64,000 nt of DNA, from positions 41,888 through 105,887 of the IMG/VR virus record IMGVR_UViG_3300032046_000006, one strand, 5' to 3'. This document shows, in pieces, positions 1 through 10,181 of this stretch. The DNA comes from a virus. The notes under the pieces are model-generated. The model saw only the letters and a program-made list of their open reading frames with translations. It searched no databases and was not told the origin of the DNA. Position 1 is the first letter of the stretch. Each line of letters opens with the position of its first letter. A program made the position numbers and the translations under genes.

Positions 1-391
1 CGAAGCAAGAGGCGACCTCAATGTTAAAGAAATAGATGAGAAAATTAAAGTTTTAGAAGCCCAAGAATTAGATTTGCAATTAAAATTGGGCGAAAGTCTT
101 TCTAAAAAAGAACCAGAAACCATCCTAAAAACCTATAAAGAACAAATAGATGAATTGAGACTCCAAAAATATATTTTATCAACTCAGAAAAGTTTACTTT
201 TGGAATTTTCTCTTGAGAATCAGTTACTTGGTTATGTCGCAAAAATAATGACTTGGCTTTCATTGGAAAGATTAGAAGGAGAAATATGGCAGAGAGCATT
301 TAAGATATTAGAAGATTTTGACAAATGCAAAGATGATACTTTAATAGAGAAAGCAGCAAAAATTGCTATTAAATTACAGTATGGGATATAA
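1..391 (+). CDS. 5'-truncated protein, probable tail assembly chaperone
   Basis: Frame is open from the window start; helical protein two genes upstream of the tape measure gene (synteny only). Confidence 0.4.
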   Translation, partial: EARGDLNVKEIDEKIKVLEAQELDLQLKLGESLSKKEPETILKTYKEQIDELRLQKYILSTQKSLLLEFSLENQLLGYVAKIMTWLSLERLEGEIWQRAFKILEDFDKCKDDTLIEKAAKIAIKLQYGI

Positions 392-393
392 AA

Positions 394-774
394 ATGCCCG
401 ATATTTATGATTCATTAATTAAATTGGCGAAGAGTAATAAATATCAGAATCTCTTCACAGTTTCAAAAGAATTATCTGGAATAAAATTGTTTCATAATTC
501 TACTGAACTATCTAATATTCAAGATATATTTTTAAATTATCTCTATATTTTTGATAGTATTAATCGGGATATAATAGTTGATAAAATAAGTGAACATGTT
601 TTGGATGATGATACGAATATATATTGGGAAAGCTATTTGTATTGGAAGAAAAAAAATAGGAACAAAGAACCTGAGCAAAAAGATAATAATAGAGTGAGTG
701 AACTTAATTTGGTAGCGGGTAAAAAGGTAAATTTTCCAAATAAAAAAAATAAAAATAAGAAGGTTAAAAAATAA
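394..774 (+). CDS. Pre-tape-measure protein (chaperone-like)
   Basis: Stop overlaps the tape measure ATG (TAATG); function from position only. Confidence 0.4.
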   Translation: MPDIYDSLIKLAKSNKYQNLFTVSKELSGIKLFHNSTELSNIQDIFLNYLYIFDSINRDIIVDKISEHVLDDDTNIYWESYLYWKKKNRNKEPEQKDNNRVSELNLVAGKKVNFPNKKNKNKKVKK

Positions 775-3700
775 TGGATACTAAAACTTTTATAGGAATA
801 ATAAATCTTGAACTTAATAAACAGGGAGTAGACGAAGGAATAAAAAAGACTGGTGCCACTATGGAAGAAGTGGCAGGAAAACCAATTACTTTTCCTTGGG
901 TTGCCAAGGCATATGAATCTCTAAAAAAGACCAGCGATGCAACTAAAGATTTTTCCTCTCAATTAGAAGGATTTAATGTAGTTAGTGCAAAATCTAATGA
1001 AATTTTTAAAGAGGGAGAATCGGTAGGTAGAAAAACGGCAGTAACTTTTAGAAACTTTGCTGGAGATATGGAAGTTGTTACAAGAGAATTTGATAAAGAT
1101 GGAAAACTTGTTTCTCAAAGTATGCAATCTATGGGACAAGGTGCGGCACTTGGTGCAGTAGGTGTTAAAGATTTTTCTGGGGAATTGGAGGGATTTAGTA
1201 AAATTTCTACTAAAATAAATACTATTTTCGAACAAGGCAATGAAGTGGGAATGAAATCGGTAGAAACTTATAAAAATCAAGAAGGTGCCCTTAAAGCAGT
1301 TACTATGGGTTTTGATAAGCAGGGCAACATAGTTTCTCAATCATTGCAAGAAACCCAAAAACAGGCAGAAGCAGCAACTTATGCGGTCAAAGATTTTTCT
1401 ACTCAACTTCAAGGATTTACTCTTATTGGAAGTAAAACTACGAGTATATTTAAAGCAAATAATGAAGAAACTAAACAAAGTATAGATATTTATAGAAATC
1501 AGTCAGGTGCAATAAGACAAGTTACGACAGATGCAGATAAAAATGGAAAAGTAACTGGACAATCTCTAAGAGATATAACCAAGGGTGCAACACAAAGTGC
1601 AACTATGATGGAACAACTCGGAATGGCTATGAAAAGAGCTTTAATTGTTGCTCCTGTATGGATGATTATGCGTGGTGCCATACAAGCACTTATGGTTCCT
1701 GTTAAAGAATTAATTAAGGCATTTTTTGAATTAGAAACAGGTTTAGCAAAGGTAATGACAGTATCTCGAATTTCTGCTTCAGAACAAAATAAATTTTATG
1801 GAGAATTAACAGAGGTAGCATGGAAGTATTATAAAACCTCATCTGCTAGTATGAAAGAAATTACAGAAGCAATGTATCAAATAGGAACAGCAGGAAGAAG
1901 TACTGCGGAAATTTTACAGGGGTTTACTCATGTTTTAAATTTAAGTATCGCTACATTTGGTAATGTAACAGATGCGGGTAGAGTTCTTACAGGAATTTTA
2001 AATGTTTATGGGGGTTCGTTGGGCAACTTAATTACTGCCGAAGAAAAGATGAGATATATTTCTGATTTATTAGTTGATACATGGTCAAGACATCAAGTAG
2101 AATTAAATGAAATATCAACTGCAATAGGATATGTTGGCTCTGTATCGGAAGCTCTAGATATAGATTTAAAAACTTTAGTGGGAACTATAGGTTTTTTAAA
2201 TGATGGTCTGCTCAGAGGTTCAAAAGCTGGAACTTCGTTATTAAATACGTTCGTTCAATTAGCAAAAAGTCCAGAAAAATTAAGAGATTTAGGAGTTGTT
2301 TTTGACCCAAGAAAACCCTTAGATTTAGTAGATGTAATGCAACAATTACATAATAGATTTATAGAAACTGGGAAATCGGTGGAATCAACGGGTGATATGT
2401 ATGCCATATTTGGAAACAGGGGGGCTAAAGCAGTTGAAAGAATTATTCAAAATTGGGATAAATGGATAGAGTCTATTCAAAGAGGGGACGAAGAATTTCA
2501 AAAATTTGCAGAAAGAACAAAAAAGACCGCAGAAGAAACCCTGCCAAAAGCATTTGCCAAATTTTTAAAATTGGGGATGATGCCGAGTTTTCCTTCAAAA
2601 GGGAAAAATCCTCTTACTGAATGGCTCAATGAGCAATCCGATGCAATGATTAAAGCTAGTGAAAATTTAGAATTATATTATAAATTAGTTGCTAAAGGAA
2701 TAAAATTACCAGAATTACCTACGAAATGGGTAGGGGGAGATATTTTCGGAAGATTAGTTGGATTTGTTCCCGAAGATTTGGCAAAAAAATTAGAACCGAT
2801 TAAAGAATTTTTAGATTTAATAGGAGTCGCAGAAATAGAAAAAGAATTAGGCAGACCAATAGGGGAAGTCGCAAGCAATTTAATGTCAGCAGGGCAAAGT
2901 GCAAAAGTATTATTAGACCAAGCTGTAGCTAATAATGAAACGTGGGAACAAATGGCAGATAATGAAGGTAAAATAGTTGCTGATTTATTAAATATGACAG
3001 ACGAAGAATTAAAACAAAACAGTTATTTGAAAGAAATTTATGAATATAGATTAAAAAATAAAGTTGAGGTAGAAAAAGAAGGAGTAGGTCAGAGAGGACT
3101 GAGTTCTGAATTAAAGAGAAAATTAGAGTTGCAGGAACAGGAAGTTACTTATTCTCTAGCAAAAATGGCTGGAATGAAAGATGAAGAAATTACTTATGCA
3201 AAAATAGCAAATAAAGTTAATTATTTAAATAAATTAGCGTCGGAAGCAAATAAATCAAGAAAAGCAGAAGGAAAAGAGATTTATCAAATGGTAAATCTTT
3301 CAGATGTATTAAGTGGAAATTGGAAAAAAATTCAAGAATCTGGGTCGACTCTTTTGGATGAAGACAAAGACATAGTTGAATTGGATAAAATGCGGAATGA
3401 TTTGCAAATTCAAATTTCTCAACATGTACAGCAACAAGTATCTCTGGTTTCATCAGTATATCGATTTATGGGTTTGCAAGAATCTAGTATTATAAAACAA
3501 GAAATGATTTTTAAAGCAATAATGAATGGAGAAAAATATATAGTCAATAGTGAAGAAGATAGATTAAGATTAGCACAAGCATTAAGTGCAGAAATGACCG
3601 AACAGGAAAGGAAATCCTCAAGTTTGGTTGAATTATATAAAATAGCAAAACAATATGGCATGGGAGTGGCTCAGGAAGTTTCTAATTTCTTGGGAGGAAT

Positions 3701-4025
3701 ATTAAAATTTAGTGAATTAAGTGCTGGAGCTATAAGTGCTTTGAGAAGAAATATTCCTGGGGAATATGAACAAGGTATTGCTGGTCAATATTTAGGAACC
3801 AAAATAAAATTCCCCGAAGAAATAGAAAAAGCAAGAATAGCAACCAGAAATATATCACTTCTAAATCAAATAATGGTAGAACCAATGACAGTAAACGTAA
3901 ATCTGGATAGTCAGGGCATTACGGCAGAAATTTTAAAGAAAATAGCCCCTTTATTAGAATTAGAATTTGAAAAGAAAGGTTCTTCTTTGAATAATGTGTT
4001 ACATAAAGAAATTAATATACATTAA
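774..4025 (+). CDS. Tail tape measure protein
   Basis: 1083 aa, helical; TP901-type core (FELETGLAKV..EAMYQIGTAG..LRGSKAGTSL..AIFGNRG); three N-terminal ~69-aa repeats (KDFSxQLxGF). Confidence 0.9.
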   Translation: MDTKTFIGIINLELNKQGVDEGIKKTGATMEEVAGKPITFPWVAKAYESLKKTSDATKDFSSQLEGFNVVSAKSNEIFKEGESVGRKTAVTFRNFAGDMEVVTREFDKDGKLVSQSMQSMGQGAALGAVGVKDFSGELEGFSKISTKINTIFEQGNEVGMKSVETYKNQEGALKAVTMGFDKQGNIVSQSLQETQKQAEAATYAVKDFSTQLQGFTLIGSKTTSIFKANNEETKQSIDIYRNQSGAIRQVTTDADKNGKVTGQSLRDITKGATQSATMMEQLGMAMKRALIVAPVWMIMRGAIQALMVPVKELIKAFFELETGLAKVMTVSRISASEQNKFYGELTEVAWKYYKTSSASMKEITEAMYQIGTAGRSTAEILQGFTHVLNLSIATFGNVTDAGRVLTGILNVYGGSLGNLITAEEKMRYISDLLVDTWSRHQVELNEISTAIGYVGSVSEALDIDLKTLVGTIGFLNDGLLRGSKAGTSLLNTFVQLAKSPEKLRDLGVVFDPRKPLDLVDVMQQLHNRFIETGKSVESTGDMYAIFGNRGAKAVERIIQNWDKWIESIQRGDEEFQKFAERTKKTAEETLPKAFAKFLKLGMMPSFPSKGKNPLTEWLNEQSDAMIKASENLELYYKLVAKGIKLPELPTKWVGGDIFGRLVGFVPEDLAKKLEPIKEFLDLIGVAEIEKELGRPIGEVASNLMSAGQSAKVLLDQAVANNETWEQMADNEGKIVADLLNMTDEELKQNSYLKEIYEYRLKNKVEVEKEGVGQRGLSSELKRKLELQEQEVTYSLAKMAGMKDEEITYAKIANKVNYLNKLASEANKSRKAEGKEIYQMVNLSDVLSGNWKKIQESGSTLLDEDKDIVELDKMRNDLQIQISQHVQQQVSLVSSVYRFMGLQESSIIKQEMIFKAIMNGEKYIVNSEEDRLRLAQALSAEMTEQERKSSSLVELYKIAKQYGMGVAQEVSNFLGGILKFSELSAGAISALRRNIPGEYEQGIAGQYLGTKIKFPEEIEKARIATRNISLLNQIMVEPMTVNVNLDSQGITAEILKKIAPLLELEFEKKGSSLNNVLHKEINIH

Positions 4026-4057
4026 AATGATAAATTAAATACAGGAGGTCGAGCAAT

Positions 4058-4447
4058 ATGAGTGTTTATTTTAAATTATTTGAAAGCGATGGGACTACTC
4101 CAGTTTATATATTCCCTGTAGTATTTTCGGCAAATTATCCGCATACTGGAAAAAAGATAATTGAGTATACTAATCCAAGGGGAAAAGGAAGCATAACCTT
4201 GGATGGTGGCTCAGAATCCTGGGATTTATCCATTAAAGGAGTTCTTAAAGCAAATGATTATAATGCACTGATGACTCTGGTAGATGCTATGGAAGAAGAT
4301 GTTGAATTAAATGTTCCCTATGTATTAACAATTACTGGGGGGTATTCTTATAATGTTAAAAGACTGATTCCAATTACTTATGAAGAAAATTCATTAAGAA
4401 CAAACTATATAGAATATACCTGTGTTCTTAGGTGTTTATCGTGGTAA
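4058..4447 (+). CDS. Tail protein (distal-tail-like)
   Basis: Directly after the tape measure gene, beta-rich, GGAGG RBS. Confidence 0.5.
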   Translation: MSVYFKLFESDGTTPVYIFPVVFSANYPHTGKKIIEYTNPRGKGSITLDGGSESWDLSIKGVLKANDYNALMTLVDAMEEDVELNVPYVLTITGGYSYNVKRLIPITYEENSLRTNYIEYTCVLRCLSW

Positions 4448-4489
4448 TAATTTCTAAAAGAAAAGGAAATAAATGAGGAGGAATAAAAG

Positions 4490-5128
4490 ATGGGATTATC
4501 GATTTATGTAAATCATACATCAGACGATGTACCGAGATTACCTAGCAATGAGAGCAAATATACTTTGATGGGAACTAATGATTTTTTACTTTTTTCTAAT
4601 GGGTATACTGATTTTGTTTATGATGGTGCAGATATACCATCAGACCCAAATCAATTAACTTCTGCTGGGTCTTTAATTACAGCAGGTTTAGTTGATGTAA
4701 CTCATTTTTACTTGGCAGATTATGATGCGGGAAAATTAAAAGAAATCTATAATGCTGGAAAACATAATAAAATGCACGCATTTTGTTTCTCTTTTAGTGC
4801 TGCAACTGCTTCGGAACCAAAATTAGAATTATGGGATGATAGTGACATGGATTCTTTTGACAGTTATGCGTTGGGTGCGGGAGTTGCAACTAATTCTATG
4901 ATTAGGGGATTTGTAACTACCGATGCTACTCCCCCAGGTTCGGATGATTGGAATGGTATTATCTTGGCAGGAAGCGATTCAAGTCATGTGTTATGGTTGA
5001 ATAAAGGTGCAGGAGAAAGTCCTTTAACTGCGGCAAAAGACCTCTATGCCAATTTGAGGGTAACGATACTTGGCTCGTACCCATATTCGTTTTCTCTAAC
5101 ACCGTGCATAGCAATTAAATATACTTAA
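4490..5128 (+). CDS. Putative virion structural protein
   Basis: GAGGAGG RBS; Gly/Ala/Asp/Ser-rich; tail module context. Confidence 0.5.
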   Translation: MGLSIYVNHTSDDVPRLPSNESKYTLMGTNDFLLFSNGYTDFVYDGADIPSDPNQLTSAGSLITAGLVDVTHFYLADYDAGKLKEIYNAGKHNKMHAFCFSFSAATASEPKLELWDDSDMDSFDSYALGAGVATNSMIRGFVTTDATPPGSDDWNGIILAGSDSSHVLWLNKGAGESPLTAAKDLYANLRVTILGSYPYSFSLTPCIAIKYT

Positions 5129-5143
5129 TAAGAGGATAAAATC

Positions 5144-5719
5144 GTGAAATTAAATTATGAATTTTTAGATAATGAGAAGATTACCGCCCAATTTGTATTA
5201 GGCGATGTTGTGTGGATTGCTTTTGCTAGTGTCGATGGAATTAGCAAAGTATATGGATGTAGTATTTATGATTTGGATATAATATATTGGGAATTAGATG
5301 TTGTGGGAGAAATCTCCTCAATTATCTCTATTGATACTTATCTATATTTGGCTTTGGATGATGATACCAATATTTGTGCCGAATTTAATAGTAGTAATCC
5401 TTCCGATATTTGGTATCTGGCAAAAGATGAAGAAGTAACAGAAGAAGCAATAGATTTGGTTTGGGATAGTCTATCTTATCAAGTTTATTTTTTATCTCCA
5501 GGATTAGCAACTGGAGAAAATGCAAAAATAACAGTATATGATTATAGTGATAATTATGTAGAAACTATAGATTTGCCTACAGTTTCTAATGCCTCTAAAA
5601 TTTCTGCGGATGAAGATGGGAATTTATGGGTTCTATCTGATTTAGATTCAACGCCAATAATTACCAAGATATGGCAGGAGACGGGTGGCTGGGATTACTT
5701 TAGTTATCTTTTAGTATAA
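5144..5719 (+). CDS. Acidic beta-propeller-like tail protein
   Basis: Propeller-like strands (ISADEDGNLWVL); tail context. Confidence 0.4.
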   Translation: MKLNYEFLDNEKITAQFVLGDVVWIAFASVDGISKVYGCSIYDLDIIYWELDVVGEISSIISIDTYLYLALDDDTNICAEFNSSNPSDIWYLAKDEEVTEEAIDLVWDSLSYQVYFLSPGLATGENAKITVYDYSDNYVETIDLPTVSNASKISADEDGNLWVLSDLDSTPIITKIWQETGGWDYFSYLLV

Positions 5720-5748
5720 AGAGGAATAAAAATGAGAAGAGGATAATC

Positions 5749-5886
5749 ATGATAGAAAAAAGAGATTTCGTAGAGAGGACTATTTATCTTATTAGGAAAT
5801 TATTAGAAGACCATTTGCCCCAAGAAGATACATTAGCAGAGATGATTGATAAGAGGAATAAATTGTTGCAAAAATTTATTCAATAA
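5749..5886 (+). CDS. Small hypothetical protein (45 aa, MIEKRDFVER...)
   Basis: Read manually; GAGGA RBS; fills the intergenic gap. Confidence 0.45.
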   Translation: MIEKRDFVERTIYLIRKLLEDHLPQEDTLAEMIDKRNKLLQKFIQ

Positions 5887-5899
5887 AGGAATAAAATAA

Positions 5900-7924
5900 A
5901 TGTCATACACGAATAGATTTATACATACCTCCGAAGAAACGGGAGCAAATTCCTATGCTTACATTATAACCGATACTTCTCCCGCAAAATTAATTAAAGT
6001 AGATTTATCTAATCCTACGAGTTATGAAACTTATACTTTAGATGATACTGGAGAAGATTTAAATTATGGAAAAGCACTAATAATAAATGCTGATACAGAA
6101 TATCTTTATGCTTCTTTTGATAATGGTTATGTTGCTAAAATTAGTTTAGATGACCCAAACAATAGGGAAATCTTTTATGTTGGAGAAGCCAATCAACTTA
6201 ATGCTATTGCACACGACCCTACTCGTTTACTTACTTTTGTAGGGGATAATATTTCTGGTTTGAGCGAATTTGTTATTGATGAATCCACTGTAAGTATAAT
6301 AGATACAGATTTGAGAGTTTTATTGGAAGAAACAACTCTAATTAATACATACTTAGCGGTTTTGAATGGGGCAATAATAAATACTGATTTGCGTGTTAAT
6401 AAAGAAACCATATCCCTAATAAATACAGATTTACGAGTTAATAAATATACTTATGTGGATACTAATTTTTATCCTTTAGGAAGAGAAGATTTTCGCATAT
6501 ACATAGATGGCGATGAATCGGCAAATGAATTGGGAGATGATGATTTAAAATTAGATTCTATTCAGATTACTCATACTATAGATAATAAAAGTATTGCAAA
6601 ATTTACTCTACTTAGAAAACACGACGATATTGACAATCCCACGACTATTAGCGAGAATAATGCAGTAGAAATTTATCTTGGTAATAAGTTAGAGTTTACT
6701 GGAAAAATATCTAACTTAGATTGCTCAAGCCAAGACGAAACTGTGGTGGTTTCTTGTGAATCAGATAGTATTACTGACGATTATGATTCGACACAAAAAG
6801 ATTTACCATTAACAACATTAAATACACAAATTCATTTATATGATGTATTATTAGACGACATAACAATTGATAATCCTATTTTGGATACTAGATTGATTAT
6901 TGTTTCTGATGGTGGAAGGTATTGGACTGGTTCAAGTTGGAATAGAAAATTAAGTTTGGCTTTAACTTTTGTTAATTTTGCAACTGCATCGGCTTATTTG
7001 GAAACTAATATAGACGATATTTTTATTAAAGGTAATCCCTCGATAGATAATTATGAAAGAAGTCCAAAATATTATAATGGAATTAGAGTTAATTTAGGAA
7101 CTAAAATAGAAGAAAAAGTTAGTGGATGGGTTGCTTTGGCAAATTCTACAAAGACAGCAGAAGCAATAGAGGAAGGAACATTTAAATTTAATTCAGGATT
7201 TACTTATTTTTGGCATGTAGATGTTATACTATATGATTTGCCTTCTATTTCGACAGGTGTTAGTTCTACTCATACTCTTTTGCCTCATATAAGAACTGCT
7301 TTATATAAATATATAGGCACCAGTTTATCTTCATTAAGTTCTGATTTATATGAAATAACTGGAGGATATTATCGCTATCAAAATATTTTAGATGATATAG
7401 AGACTGAATTGGGAGAGTATACTTTAGGAACTGCTCCTTATAAAGAAGTTTCGGCAAAAAATGGAATTAAAATAGCCAAAGGAAGATGGGTAGATAAAGA
7501 TGATGGTCTTTATTGGGATAAAGGAATATCTTATGATTATGAACAATATGCGAAAGATGTTGCTTCTGCGGAATATGCCAAAATTAAAAATATAAATGGA
7601 GATGTTTCCCCCAGAACTTCTGCGAGTATAGATTTAACACTTGATGGTTATTTATATTATGACTTAAATTTGCTCAATAGAATAAATCTAGTCAATACTA
7701 CAATATTAAATGCTTATAAAAATTCTAATGGATTTCCGATAAGTATTAAACAAATAAATATAGACTCCAATTCTATGAAAGTTTCTATTTCATGTGATAA
7801 TGAATATGCACAAAATGAATTAGATGTATTGGATACTATTTATGATAATGAACCATTAGAAACTCCAGAAACTTCGGTTAGATTATATAGAAAATTTGAT
7901 TTACCACAATGGGAAAATGTCTAA
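5900..7924 (+). CDS. Tail/baseplate hub-like protein
   Basis: N-terminal propeller-like part, INTDLRV repeats, hub-like segment (AVEIYLGNKLEFTGKI; ISIKQINID). Confidence 0.55.
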   Translation: MSYTNRFIHTSEETGANSYAYIITDTSPAKLIKVDLSNPTSYETYTLDDTGEDLNYGKALIINADTEYLYASFDNGYVAKISLDDPNNREIFYVGEANQLNAIAHDPTRLLTFVGDNISGLSEFVIDESTVSIIDTDLRVLLEETTLINTYLAVLNGAIINTDLRVNKETISLINTDLRVNKYTYVDTNFYPLGREDFRIYIDGDESANELGDDDLKLDSIQITHTIDNKSIAKFTLLRKHDDIDNPTTISENNAVEIYLGNKLEFTGKISNLDCSSQDETVVVSCESDSITDDYDSTQKDLPLTTLNTQIHLYDVLLDDITIDNPILDTRLIIVSDGGRYWTGSSWNRKLSLALTFVNFATASAYLETNIDDIFIKGNPSIDNYERSPKYYNGIRVNLGTKIEEKVSGWVALANSTKTAEAIEEGTFKFNSGFTYFWHVDVILYDLPSISTGVSSTHTLLPHIRTALYKYIGTSLSSLSSDLYEITGGYYRYQNILDDIETELGEYTLGTAPYKEVSAKNGIKIAKGRWVDKDDGLYWDKGISYDYEQYAKDVASAEYAKIKNINGDVSPRTSASIDLTLDGYLYYDLNLLNRINLVNTTILNAYKNSNGFPISIKQINIDSNSMKVSISCDNEYAQNELDVLDTIYDNEPLETPETSVRLYRKFDLPQWENV

Positions 7925-8352
7925 TGCCTATTTACGAAAAAACTACAAGAAAATTACAACACTTAACTAATAAAACTTTAGAAAATGAGGAACAACTAGC
8001 AAAAATAGATAAAGATTCTCCTCAAATAACCTCTTTTTATTATAATAAGAATATATCTAAATATTATATTTTTAATCGAAAAAAAATGGATAACATCAAG
8101 TCATTGACTACTCTGACCATTAATTTAAATAATTTTCCAGAAGAATATCTTCCTTATATTAATTTTGTCGCAATAAGTTATGGTATTACTGGAGTCCCTA
8201 ACTTTGTTTTTAATGGTTTAAACTATTCTTTTTTTCAAGTAGCACAACATAATTATAGATTAGAGTTCACTAATTGTAACTTCAACTTTGTTTACACTGC
8301 TTTTTTTTCGTTATACTTTACAATAAATTTACCAAGAGATTATAATAATTAA
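7924..8352 (+). CDS. Tail-associated protein, paralog 1
   Basis: ATG overlaps the upstream TAA; N-terminus resembles those at 8364 and 9672. Confidence 0.5.
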   Translation: MPIYEKTTRKLQHLTNKTLENEEQLAKIDKDSPQITSFYYNKNISKYYIFNRKKMDNIKSLTTLTINLNNFPEEYLPYINFVAISYGITGVPNFVFNGLNYSFFQVAQHNYRLEFTNCNFNFVYTAFFSLYFTINLPRDYNN

Positions 8353-8363
8353 AGGAAAGAAAT

Positions 8364-8510
8364 ATGAATACAATAAAAAAATTACTCGATAAAACAGAAT
8401 CTACAAAACAACAAATAGAAAGAATAGATATAAAAAAAAGAAAATTAACTCCCCACAATAAAGTTAAGAGAATAATTACCTTATTGACCGATTGGGTTAA
8501 GTATAATTGA
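8364..8510 (+). CDS. 48-aa protein resembling the N-terminus of 9672..10181
   Basis: AAGGA RBS; KRIITLLTDWVK vs KKIFSLETDWEK. Confidence 0.55.
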   Translation: MNTIKKLLDKTESTKQQIERIDIKKRKLTPHNKVKRIITLLTDWVKYN

Positions 8511-8518
8511 GGAATAAT

Positions 8519-9682
8519 ATGCCTTTTGAATATCCTGAAAAAATAAATTCAAATATCCCCATAGCACTAAATATAGACTTGCCTATTACTGAAGATATGC
8601 TATCGTGGGTAAAAGTTACTCCTTTGATAATCGGTAAAGGTGCAGAAGAATTAAGTTTTTTTGATAGTTATAAAATACCTACATGGAAAGAGAATTGGGA
8701 AATTATTGCAGATGGGCAAACCTTATGGAAAGGCAATTTTGCTCCAGGGGAAGCCACAGTAAACGCATTTTATGATTATGAAAACACAAGAGATGGAGTA
8801 TATGTTTATAATCCTGAAGGATATTATCCCGATTGGTGGTATAATGGTTCTGAACAATCTGTTGATTTTTCCAATCTTTATAATTGGTATATTTTTGGAT
8901 GGGATAAAAACTTAGATAATCAATATTTGTCGAGAGCAAAATATACTTATTTGGGAGGGGCTTGGTGGGAAAATCCCCCAATAACAAGATTAGTTAGATG
9001 GATTAATTCTGATATTATTTTTGAAGATTTTCGGTGGTGGAAGGGAAGTGATTGGACAATAATTCCTGGGCATTATTTTTGGTATAACATGTTTTTTCGG
9101 ATGAATATAGAGTTTCCATATTGTTCAAATTTGATGTGGGCTAAAGTTTTAAAATCAGATTATAGTATAAAAGAAGTATGTCTTCCAGAAAGTGTTTTTA
9201 TGGTTGTAAGCGATTATGGTGGATTAAATCCAGAAAATCCTCCCGATATTCCCAGTCCTATTCCTTTTGATACAATACAAATAAAGAGAAACATACCAGA
9301 TATAGAAGAATATCAAATCTCTTCTTCTTATTTTTCATATTTTCAATTGTCCAAAAATTTTACTAGAATAAATGATAATAAGTTCAATCTTTCTATCAGT
9401 GGAAATATATATGTAAGTAATAAACCAATTTTATTTGATGAAACTTCATATCCAACTTTAGATAATACTTATGTTTTAAATAGGCAAATTACTCCAGGGC
9501 AAATACCAGGTGGTGGTCATGCGATATGGAGATATAGATGGTCATTTAATTTAGTTTCATCTACTATATCTTCTCTAATAAAAAGAACTCCCTTACCATT
9601 AAATCCTACTGTTCATACTAAATTTTTAGTAACTATAGTAAATCCTAATAGCAATGAGGAAGTGCAAAGATATGAAATATGA
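8519..9682 (+). CDS. Aromatic-rich tail-associated protein, possible receptor-binding protein
   Basis: GAGGA RBS before ATG 8519; very W/Y/F rich; near the end of the tail module. Confidence 0.45.
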   Translation: MPFEYPEKINSNIPIALNIDLPITEDMLSWVKVTPLIIGKGAEELSFFDSYKIPTWKENWEIIADGQTLWKGNFAPGEATVNAFYDYENTRDGVYVYNPEGYYPDWWYNGSEQSVDFSNLYNWYIFGWDKNLDNQYLSRAKYTYLGGAWWENPPITRLVRWINSDIIFEDFRWWKGSDWTIIPGHYFWYNMFFRMNIEFPYCSNLMWAKVLKSDYSIKEVCLPESVFMVVSDYGGLNPENPPDIPSPIPFDTIQIKRNIPDIEEYQISSSYFSYFQLSKNFTRINDNKFNLSISGNIYVSNKPILFDETSYPTLDNTYVLNRQITPGQIPGGGHAIWRYRWSFNLVSSTISSLIKRTPLPLNPTVHTKFLVTIVNPNSNEEVQRYEI

Positions 9683-10181
9683 TAATCTTACTCATAAAAT
9701 AGAAACTATATGGAATAAAACAGAAGAGAATAGCACCAATTTAAATAGAGTTAAATCTATAAATAGGAAGAATCCTACCAATTATAATGCTAAAAAAATA
9801 TTTTCGTTAGAAACCGATTGGGAAAAAATGGAAGTATTTGCTCACTATGATATAAATGATGAGATAGATTATTATGGGGCTTTTTATAAGACTTATGAGA
9901 TAACTATAGTAAATTTTCCTTTAAGATTTTTAAATTGTATAGATTGTTGTGTATTATATCAATATACAATGCCAGCAATTGATAGTTTAAATTTATCCGG
10001 TAGTAGTAGTAAATTTGTTTATATTTATGATTTAGATACTACGGAAGAGATTAATGATGCAGTAAAAACAGTAAAAATTTATGTTAGCCATCTACTTGCC
10101 CCTACTTCAAACCCTACCACAAAATATCAAGTCTATTCTAAATTAAAAATGACCATCGCAAACAATCAATCTTATAAATAA
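9672..10181 (+). CDS. Tail-associated protein, paralog 3
   Basis: GAGGAAG RBS; shared N-terminal module. Confidence 0.5.
   Translation: MKYDNLTHKIETIWNKTEENSTNLNRVKSINRKNPTNYNAKKIFSLETDWEKMEVFAHYDINDEIDYYGAFYKTYEITIVNFPLRFLNCIDCCVLYQYTMPAIDSLNLSGSSSKFVYIYDLDTTEEINDAVKTVKIYVSHLLAPTSNPTTKYQVYSKLKMTIANNQSYK

Noticed and set aside
373-394. Tail-chaperone -1 programmed frameshift
   Set aside because: The frames are in -1 relation but I see no X XXY YYZ slippery heptamer in the short overlap
8504-8519. Programmed frameshift fusing the 8364 and 8519 ORFs
   Set aside because: A TAA at 8504-8506 blocks the downstream frame, and the second ORF has its own RBS
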